Sequence record: OQ198719.1
Source: Caudoviricetes sp. 'Rudgehvirus jaberico'
Length of the DNA: 40,000 bases
Strand: one strand, 5' to 3'
The stretch's first letter is position 1. Each line of letters begins with the position of its first letter. Shown one piece after another: positions 19,224 through 26,556 of the stretch. A model generated the notes under the pieces. The model was not told where the DNA came from. It was given only the letters and a program-made list of their open reading frames with translations, and searched no databases. A program made the translations under genes and the position numbers.

Positions 19224-22200
19224 ATGGAAACTAACAATAGAAAACAATTAGTTACTCAAGATAATGGGAATATCGAAAAGATATTCCCTAAAAACTACAT
19301 GAGTAATATAGTAGATGAAGAAACAGGTGAAAGTCTTCGTATATTTCTTCTTAAATATAATCATATAGATCTTGGATATAGAAGCAGTAAATCTTCTGCA
19401 AGACTTGCTGTTCCTATTATAATGCGTCGTAAAGGATTATATATAACTTATTATCTTCCTAATGATATAGTTATTACTGAATTCTTTAATGGAAACAAAA
19501 CAGAAGTTAGTGATACTAATTGGGTTAAAGATGAACTTTGGGTTAAAGACGTTAATGAACTTAATGTTTATGATGTTAAGATATCTGATGGTAGTATTAC
19601 TTTAGATAAATTGAGCGAAGAAGTAATGCAACTCATATCCTCTAAAGGGGATATTACAATAAATAACTTTCCTGATAATGAGGATTTAGAATTATATACT
19701 ATATATCAAGATAGCAATAATAAAATAGATGCTATTAGATTTAAAGATAGAGATAATTCTAATGGTATGGCTTATAAATATCTACGTAAGACTAAGAATA
19801 TGATTCTTAGTCAATCTGATTTTAATCAAGCTAATACTATTTATGAAATTAGATATGACTTTGATCTGAATGGTAGTACTATATCTATTCCAGATAATTG
19901 TGAGTTAAAGTTTATCGGAGGTAGTTTAAAGAACGGAACTATTAATTTTAATAATACACTACTTAATGGAAACATTAAAATAAAGACTAATATATCAGGT
20001 AATATTAGAAATAATGAAGTAAATGTATTATGGTTTAATGTAACAGGGGATGGAAATGCAGATGATCGTAATGCTATACAAGAAGTTATAGATATAGTAT
20101 CTGAAAGTACAACTATATTATTTCCTAAAGTTAGTAATTTCTATAACGTTATTATAGCAAAAGGTAATGGAAATACAACAATAGAACAAAGAGCTAATGC
20201 TGTATATAGTGGTTCTCTTTATCCTTTAACTATAAATAAAAATAATATAACTATAGTTATTAGAGGTATAATAAAATCTACAAATATATTAGGTAATATG
20301 TTTGAAGTATCTGGTAATAATATAGTTATAATAGGAGAAGATGGCAAGTTACAAGGTATTGGAGGAACCGATAATGAAGGTTTCTTAGATACAAATACTT
20401 CAGATACTACTTTACAATGGCATCCTTGTTTAATAAAAATAAATGGAGATAATTGTAGAATAAACAATCTTTCTTTTGAAGATTATCCTACTCATGGAAT
20501 CGACTGTTATGGTAAAGCATTAATTGTAGATTCTTGTTTATTTATAGGAGGTAGAATAGAACATTCTACAACAGGAGGTACTGTTCTTATGGGTATAAGA
20601 ACTAATACTGGTGCTGATTCTGTTATTATAAAAAATAATAGATTTATTGCTAATCCAAAAGGTGGTAAATGTTATAGTTGTATATTTCCATCTGGAGATA
20701 AATTTATTATTTCTAATAATATTTGTGAGAAGTATCACGAACATGCTGTTTATGCTTATGGTAATTATGGTAGTATTATTGATAATAAATTTACTGATGT
20801 AGACTGTATAGCTTCTGATATACAATATTTTGCTACTTATGGAATTATTAAAGGTAATTTTAGTATTGGTACAGAAGGATTTATTCAAATAATGCACGGT
20901 AAAGGTACTATAGTTGAAGGTAATACTGTAACTAATTGTAGAGGAGGTATTATTGTAAGACCTTATCATACTGTTGATGTAGATAAACTTCCATCAGGAT
21001 TGAAATTATTAAATAACTTTATAGAACTAACTGTTGGTACTACTGGAAGTTGTTTAAGTTTTTATGTATTAGGTACATATGATATTTCTGATATTCTTAT
21101 ATCTGGAAATACATTTGCAAATGGATATTATACTCAAACTTCTCAAGTTGCTGCTTCATTATTAATTGGCGCTGGTAGTTCTGAAAATAACGGTATCAAG
21201 TTTCTTAGAGTAGAAAATAATGTTATTAGAAGTGGTAGAGGCGCAGTATCTTGGTTAAAAGGAATACATAATTCTATATTTAAAAATAATAAATTTATTA
21301 GTGAAAGTTTAAATGATGTAGCAAGTGCATTTTCTTTTGCAATTAATGCTAATTATGTTACTAATACTATATTTGAAGGTAATGAGTTTATAGATGTTAA
21401 AGATACTCCTACTTTAGCAAGAGCTATTCAGCTTAATACAGGAACTACTAATTTAAGTGTTATAGATAATAATATAATTAATTATACTTCTAATATTTAT
21501 TTAGATTATGATACCTATACTAAATTAATATATAAAAGAAATAATAGAAGAAATTATCTTCCATTAGCAGGAACTTATGATGATAAACCTAATGCTTATG
21601 CACAAGAATATGGTGCTGAGTATTATGATAAAGATAATCAAGTTCCTATGTGGTGGAGCGGAGTTAGATGGAAAGATGCAGAAGGATGTTATATAGTACT
21701 TTCTAAATCTGATATTAATACTCCAAATAAAATATATAAGATAAGATTTAATATAGATCTTGGTGGTACAACATTAACCTTGCCTGCAAATTGTACATTA
21801 GATTTCCAAGGTGGCAGTTTCAGTAATGGTACTATTGTGGGGAGTAATACAAGATTTAGTGGAAATATAAAATTAGATACTACATTAACTTTTAGTGGAA
21901 CTTATTTATTAGATACTGTAAATGTAGATTGGTTTTATACTACTAGAGGTTCGGATGCTTCTCCTTATATACAAGCTGCTTTAGATTTTGCTAAACTTAT
22001 TAAAGCATCTGTAACTTTTGGAAATAAATTAACATCTGGATATATTATTAAAACCACTTTAAATTGCGATGTTCCTATTATTGGAAATAATGCAAGATTA
22101 TCAAGTACTACTGTTGGAGTATTAAATTGTAAAAACGAATGTAGTATAGAAAATTTATATATAGATTTTTATCCATATCAAGGAGCTTCTGATGTAACAG

Positions 22201-23339
22201 ATAATAAAGTAATTGCTATAAATATAGGAGGAGAAACATCTACTTATAATCATTATATTAATAATGTTACTATTGATGGATTCTATTATGGAATAGTAAT
22301 GACTAATTCTTGGAATCTAAGATGTTCTAATTTGAGAATTATTAGAACAAGAATAGGTATTCAAGCTTATGGTAAGTGTGTTAATAATAGTATTGTTAAT
22401 GCTAATATTGATTGTAAAGGAACAAATTCTATATGTATTGCATTTAATGATGAAGTAGATCATGCAGCTTCGACTTATTTAAGTGAAGGATGGACTATAA
22501 GTAATTCTATATTAACTTCTGCGCAATATGGTATATTTGGAGTTAATATGAGTAATACTTTTATATCTAATTGTATTATAGATTTGTGTTCCAAAAATGC
22601 TATAAAATTTTCTTTAAATAGTCTTAATATTAGGATAGTAGATAATTACTTAGCATGTCTTGCTAATGGAATAGATGTTATTAATTTTAGTGGTCAAAAT
22701 GTATTAAATAATGAAGATGCAGGTATCATAATTAGCAATAATACTATTAAAAGTTATTATTCAGATTCAGGTTCTTGTAATGGAATTAATATAGGTGAAG
22801 GTACTTATGAATCTATTTATATATTAGGTAACACTATTAGTAACTTAGGAGGTATAGGTATTGTATCTTTAAATGGAGAAATAACACATATAAATGTTTC
22901 TGACAATAGATTTAAAATAAATGTTGGTGGATATTTTTATGTATTAAAAGCTACAAATAAGTATATTGCTAATAATAATGCAATAGATAATTATAATAAT
23001 TCAGGTATAAAAGTAGCTAATAAAATGATAATTGTGGCAGATAGTGCTCCTACTTCTAATACAAAAACTTGGAACGCAGGAGATATTTGTTTAAATTCTA
23101 ATGCTTCTGTCGGTTCTATTATTGGTTGGTTTTGTGCTACTTCTGGTTCTCCGGGTACTTGGTTTCCTATTGGAACAATAGAACAATATGCTGGATTAAA
23201 AAAACAAGGGACTACTGCTGAAAGACCTGCAATGAATCAAAATTATATTGGTGCTACATATTATGATACTACACTTAAAAAAGTGATTTTATGGAACGGC
23301 ACTACATGGACTAATGTTGATGGTACTGCATTAACTTAA
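19224..23339 (+). CDS. Large fibre protein with two pectate-lyase-like beta-helix blocks
   Basis: 1371-aa ORF. Contains 'VTGDGNADDRNAIQEVI', repeated 'LGGTTLTLPANCTLDFQGGSFSNGTIVG' modules and a C-terminal 'IGATYYDTTLKKVILWNGTTWTNVDG'. Confidence 0.75.
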   Translation: METNNRKQLVTQDNGNIEKIFPKNYMSNIVDEETGESLRIFLLKYNHIDLGYRSSKSSARLAVPIIMRRKGLYITYYLPNDIVITEFFNGNKTEVSDTNWVKDELWVKDVNELNVYDVKISDGSITLDKLSEEVMQLISSKGDITINNFPDNEDLELYTIYQDSNNKIDAIRFKDRDNSNGMAYKYLRKTKNMILSQSDFNQANTIYEIRYDFDLNGSTISIPDNCELKFIGGSLKNGTINFNNTLLNGNIKIKTNISGNIRNNEVNVLWFNVTGDGNADDRNAIQEVIDIVSESTTILFPKVSNFYNVIIAKGNGNTTIEQRANAVYSGSLYPLTINKNNITIVIRGIIKSTNILGNMFEVSGNNIVIIGEDGKLQGIGGTDNEGFLDTNTSDTTLQWHPCLIKINGDNCRINNLSFEDYPTHGIDCYGKALIVDSCLFIGGRIEHSTTGGTVLMGIRTNTGADSVIIKNNRFIANPKGGKCYSCIFPSGDKFIISNNICEKYHEHAVYAYGNYGSIIDNKFTDVDCIASDIQYFATYGIIKGNFSIGTEGFIQIMHGKGTIVEGNTVTNCRGGIIVRPYHTVDVDKLPSGLKLLNNFIELTVGTTGSCLSFYVLGTYDISDILISGNTFANGYYTQTSQVAASLLIGAGSSENNGIKFLRVENNVIRSGRGAVSWLKGIHNSIFKNNKFISESLNDVASAFSFAINANYVTNTIFEGNEFIDVKDTPTLARAIQLNTGTTNLSVIDNNIINYTSNIYLDYDTYTKLIYKRNNRRNYLPLAGTYDDKPNAYAQEYGAEYYDKDNQVPMWWSGVRWKDAEGCYIVLSKSDINTPNKIYKIRFNIDLGGTTLTLPANCTLDFQGGSFSNGTIVGSNTRFSGNIKLDTTLTFSGTYLLDTVNVDWFYTTRGSDASPYIQAALDFAKLIKASVTFGNKLTSGYIIKTTLNCDVPIIGNNARLSSTTVGVLNCKNECSIENLYIDFYPYQGASDVTDNKVIAINIGGETSTYNHYINNVTIDGFYYGIVMTNSWNLRCSNLRIIRTRIGIQAYGKCVNNSIVNANIDCKGTNSICIAFNDEVDHAASTYLSEGWTISNSILTSAQYGIFGVNMSNTFISNCIIDLCSKNAIKFSLNSLNIRIVDNYLACLANGIDVINFSGQNVLNNEDAGIIISNNTIKSYYSDSGSCNGINIGEGTYESIYILGNTISNLGGIGIVSLNGEITHINVSDNRFKINVGGYFYVLKATNKYIANNNAIDNYNNSGIKVANKMIIVADSAPTSNTKTWNAGDICLNSNASVGSIIGWFCATSGSPGTWFPIGTIEQYAGLKKQGTTAERPAMNQNYIGATYYDTTLKKVILWNGTTWTNVDGTALT
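19637..19652 (+). repeat. GGGG hairpin motif copy at the anchor/beta-helix junction
   Basis: ATCCTC-TAAA-GGGGAT, a 6-bp stem. Reads TCC TCT AAA GGG GAT (SSKGD). Confidence 0.6.
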
Positions 23340-23391
23340 TACAAATTATTATGAAAATTCGAGAACCTACTTAAAATTTCTTCTAATTTAT

Positions 23392-23422
23392 TTTGGAACT
23401 TAATTATTAATTTATATATTTG
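23392..23422 (+). promoter_or_regulatory. Bacteroidetes-type promoter candidate
   Basis: TTTG (23392-23395), 19-nt spacer, TATATTTG (23415-23422), a full match to the -33/-7 consensus, in an 87-nt gap. The ATG at 23427 would be almost leaderless. Confidence 0.4.
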
Positions 23423-23426
23423 CGCT

Positions 23427-23741
23427 ATGGATGTTATTGAATTTGTTAAAGAACTATTATCTAAGTTTGATTTAGCATATATGTTTGCTGTTAATGTAGC
23501 TACATATATTATTATTAAAGTTATAGATAATTTAAACGGAGAAAAGATTGTTCCTACTTATCTTAAAAGAATTATAGCTCTTATTGTAGGTATTATAATT
23601 GCTTTTGCAGTAGTTAGTTTCGGAGCTGATAAAACTATTATATTATATAGTTTTATTCTTTCTCTTGTTAGTTGGGATTATCTATTTAAGGGTATTATTA
23701 AAAAGTTATCAATAGATTATAAAAAGAAATTAGAAGAATAA
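23427..23741 (+). CDS. Holin-like membrane protein
   Basis: 104-aa ORF with two or three TM segments ('YMFAVNVATYIIIKVI', 'IIALIVGIIIAFAVVSFGA', 'IILYSFILSLVSW') and a Lys/Glu-rich tail. Confidence 0.5.
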   Translation: MDVIEFVKELLSKFDLAYMFAVNVATYIIIKVIDNLNGEKIVPTYLKRIIALIVGIIIAFAVVSFGADKTIILYSFILSLVSWDYLFKGIIKKLSIDYKKKLEE

Positions 23742-23787
23742 TTATAGTATTAATAAGTTTTGTTGTGATAATAAGATACGTTCTATT

Positions 23788-23814
23788 AGTGCTCGGCTAT
23801 GGCAGTCGGGCACT
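23788..23814 (+). other. 8-bp GC-rich hairpin
   Basis: AGTGCTCG-gctatggcagt-CGGGCACT, 8 pairs including one G-U, loop 11 nt. Confidence 0.6.
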
Positions 23815-23877
23815 ATTTGTATTATATGATGTTGATAGTAGTGAGATAAAGTGAGTGAATCGAATGGCTTTGCTCGG

Positions 23878-23898
23878 TCCTTTACAGGGGTGATTACA
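23878..23898 (+). repeat. GGGG motif, intergenic copy
   Basis: TCCTTTACAGGGGTGATTACA, identical over 21 nt to 12114-12134. Confidence 0.75.
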
Positions 23899-23910
23899 GC
23901 AAGGTTACAT

Positions 23911-24008
23911 CAACATAGACGTACTTCACGTTCTTACAGTTGCATTTATATATCGAAACTGATTAATCCTATTACTTCAAATTTGCGTTCAATAGCAAGG
24001 CTTAAAAT
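23911..24008 (+). repeat. Copy B of the 98-nt dispersed noncoding repeat
   Basis: Ungapped homology to 4868-4965, including CTGATTAATCCTA at 23959-23971 and CTTAAAAT at 24001-24008. Confidence 0.75.
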
Positions 24009-24132
24009 GCGTCTTTCGTAAATCTTTACAATTACACTAATGCTACTATTAATAAAATTATGGGAATTATGCAAGTAATTTAGAAAATAATTATTATATT
24101 TGAGTTGTTATATTAATCCTAATATTAATAAT

Positions 24133-24828
24133 ATGGCTTCTGTAAATCAACTTGTAAGTGAAATAGCTCATGCTTTAGGTCAGCCAAATAATTATGTTTT
24201 AAGGCAGACTATTAGAAGTGCTGTTTACCATGAAAGAAGCGAAAAGATAAGGCGTAGTTACGAGAATCATAGATATGTTGATAAAGTACTAAACCAAAGA
24301 TTTCGCGTTACTCTTATTGATGTTCCTGATGGAGATGTATTTGGAACTTTGTCAAGTATTCAGTATCAAGTAAAGAGAACTGAACAACGAGTTCCTCGAC
24401 CTGTTAGATTACCTAATAATCTTCCATTCCAAAGTATTAGAACTGTAGGATATAATAATCTTGCTATTCCTTTTATTAAAGAGGCAAATTCTCAGTTTTA
24501 TAAAGAACTTCCCGGAATGTGTGCTCTTCCTAACTATGATTATATAAATGGTTATATTTATATTAATGGTAATGGAAATTCTGTTATTCAAGCTCTCGGT
24601 GCTATTATTATTGAATCACCATTTGAAATTCCTACTGATATTTCTTATGAAACATATAATGAAGAGAAGCAAAAGATAACTGATGATGATCAATGGCTGA
24701 TACCTGAGGATATGGTTGAGCAGATAAAAGAGACGATATTTAAAAGGAATCTAATGAATGTTCCAAGAGAGACTAATGAAATTCCTGTTAAAGATAATAT
24801 TAATCAGAACGCTAATATAGATTTATGA
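24133..24828 (+). CDS. Putative neck/tail ring protein (crAss-like)
   Basis: The track starts at 24100 with a TTG. I prefer the in-frame ATG at 24133, giving 'MASVNQLVSEIAHALGQPNNYVLRQTIRS' (231 aa). Function by synteny. Confidence 0.55.
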   Translation: MASVNQLVSEIAHALGQPNNYVLRQTIRSAVYHERSEKIRRSYENHRYVDKVLNQRFRVTLIDVPDGDVFGTLSSIQYQVKRTEQRVPRPVRLPNNLPFQSIRTVGYNNLAIPFIKEANSQFYKELPGMCALPNYDYINGYIYINGNGNSVIQALGAIIIESPFEIPTDISYETYNEEKQKITDDDQWLIPEDMVEQIKETIFKRNLMNVPRETNEIPVKDNINQNANIDL

Positions 24829-25823
24829 TACCTAATAGTAGAGATATTTATGATTATCGGCACATGTATAAGAAGTTTCTTGAAGATGCCGAAGAAGATT
24901 ATAATGAAAAGATGGATGATATTCGTCGTTATGATAAGCTTCTATATAAAATCAAATTTGAGTTAGAAAGCAGAAGAGAAGATATTCAATCAATGTTTGG
25001 TATTTGTCTTTATGATTATTGGCAATGGAATACTGATGAATATGATGAATCTGATAAAATGTTTAATACTCTTATCGCTATTAATAGTTCCATAGATGTA
25101 GTTAACGTTGAAGCTAAACTTCTATTTCAAAAATTTAGTAGATACTTCAGAATACTTAGTAAACTTCATAGTCTTAAATCTCAATGTAGAAGAATTAAAG
25201 CAAGGAAGTTAATTAATAAAGATAAGTTTAGAGATGTTCTATCTCGATATTATAAACAAGTATCTATTGAAATTCTTGAAGGTAGAATATATAAGTTTTC
25301 TAATGCTATTGGTTATCTTCTTGTTGAAAGATTACATTTTAATGAGAAAGAAATAACTAATCCTTTTGGTACTAAGTTTAAATGGAAAGAGTTTAAGATT
25401 CCTGATTGGAAAGAAACAATGAAGAATAAGCAAAAGATATTAGATACTGGACTTATTCCTTTTAAACAAGAAGATGCAGATAAAGCTGCTGAGAATCATA
25501 TTAAGTATGAAGGAATTCCTTATATGGTTTATAAGCAAATGCCATATTGTAGTAGAGTTGTATTAATAGATAGGAGATTTCCTAATAGTTCTTATACTCG
25601 TTTTGAGATGGCAATGAAAGAAAGACAACTTAGTAAAGAAGCAATCTTTGCTAAATATAAACCTAAGAATCCTCATGAAATAATTCATAATCTTAGAGAT
25701 GAAAGTCTTAGAACTCGGCTTTATTTGCTTACTACTCATTATTTAGATTATACACGAAAATATATTAGAAATGAATTACAAATCCCAATTACCAGTAGAA
25801 GCTATCGTGGCTCGCTTGGATAA
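24825..25823 (+). CDS. Putative tail/neck structural protein
   Basis: 332-aa ORF overlapping the upstream stop by 4 nt. Helical, Lys/Arg-rich. Function by synteny only. Confidence 0.4.
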   Translation: MIPNSRDIYDYRHMYKKFLEDAEEDYNEKMDDIRRYDKLLYKIKFELESRREDIQSMFGICLYDYWQWNTDEYDESDKMFNTLIAINSSIDVVNVEAKLLFQKFSRYFRILSKLHSLKSQCRRIKARKLINKDKFRDVLSRYYKQVSIEILEGRIYKFSNAIGYLLVERLHFNEKEITNPFGTKFKWKEFKIPDWKETMKNKQKILDTGLIPFKQEDADKAAENHIKYEGIPYMVYKQMPYCSRVVLIDRRFPNSSYTRFEMAMKERQLSKEAIFAKYKPKNPHEIIHNLRDESLRTRLYLLTTHYLDYTRKYIRNELQIPITSRSYRGSLG

Positions 25824-26556
25824 TGACTTTAATATTGATAATTCAGATTATATTCCTCGCGTTGCTGCTTGGTGTATTGATCTAATGAATCAAATGAAGA
25901 TTACTAAATATGAAGTCAAACGAGTAAAATCCCCGGTAGAGGATAGGAAAGCAACATTACCTTGTTGCGATACTGATAGAATAAGAGTATTTGATGAAGA
26001 AGGTTGTGAAGTTAATCGTATAAGTAAGAATAGTTGTGGTTGTGGAATTAAACATTCTTCTGTTGAATACTTTACTCAAGATGCTGAAAGAGCTGCTGAA
26101 GAAAGAAATAACAAGAAATATCCAAGTAGACGTGTAGTTGAATATGATGTTTATAATCCATCTGGTCGTAATTACGTTCTGCTTAGAGATAGTAATATGA
26201 TTGATCTTAATTTTGATGCTGATTATGTTACAATTGAATTTCTTACAGTAGTTACTTATTATAGTGAAGCTTATAATTGTAATCTTCCTTATATTCCTAA
26301 TAATGGAAAACTTATTGAATGTTTAGAATGGTTCTGTATATGGAAGATGTTATCTCGTGGAATGAAACATCCTGTATATAGTTTACAAGGTCAGCTTCCT
26401 GTTAATCCTTATCTATTATATAGAGATATATATCCTAAAGCTCTTGCTTCTGTTATTATAGATAATCAAGATGCTAATGGTGGTATAGATAAAGGTTGGA
26501 CACAATTCTTTTATAATTCTACTTTCTATGAAACCTGTACAGCAACTAAATCTTAA
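25771..26556 (+). CDS. Putative ring/tail protein (crAss-like)
   Basis: 261-aa ORF with Cys-rich 'CCDTDRIRVFDEEGCEVNRISKNSCGCGIKH'. Overlaps the upstream ORF by 53 nt and the downstream ORF by 29 nt. Confidence 0.5.
   Translation: MNYKSQLPVEAIVARLDNDFNIDNSDYIPRVAAWCIDLMNQMKITKYEVKRVKSPVEDRKATLPCCDTDRIRVFDEEGCEVNRISKNSCGCGIKHSSVEYFTQDAERAAEERNNKKYPSRRVVEYDVYNPSGRNYVLLRDSNMIDLNFDADYVTIEFLTVVTYYSEAYNCNLPYIPNNGKLIECLEWFCIWKMLSRGMKHPVYSLQGQLPVNPYLLYRDIYPKALASVIIDNQDANGGIDKGWTQFFYNSTFYETCTATKS
25929..25944 (-). repeat. GGGG hairpin motif copy
   Basis: Reverse complement ATCCTC-TACC-GGGGAT, a 6-bp stem. + strand reads TCC CCG GTA GAG GAT (SPVED). Confidence 0.65.

Larger units (their letters stand above)
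23742..24132 (+). promoter_or_regulatory. Structured intergenic region (unit B), paralogous to the region before 5155
   Basis: Noncoding. Contains a GC-rich hairpin, the 21-nt motif copy, the 98-nt block shared with unit A and TATATTTG at 24095-24102. Confidence 0.7.

Noticed and set aside
20041-20060. GTAACAGGGGATGG as another copy of the GGGG motif
   Set aside because: It encodes the common VTGDGNADD beta-helix motif and lacks the TCCTY arm, so the match is explained by protein sequence.
12150-23339. Diversity-generating retroelement targeting the fibres
   Set aside because: No reverse transcriptase, no TR/VR-like near-identical repeat with adenine-specific variation was seen. The four beta-helix modules differ broadly.
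23780-23900. Possible tRNA in the hairpin-rich spacer
   Set aside because: No acceptor stem, T-loop (GGTTCRA) or anticodon arm with correct spacing could be assembled. The same applies to 4750-5100.
24100-24132. TTG start at 24100 given by the ORF track
   Set aside because: It overlaps the TATATTTG box. The in-frame ATG at 24133 gives a cleaner N-terminus (MASVNQLVSEIAHALG...).
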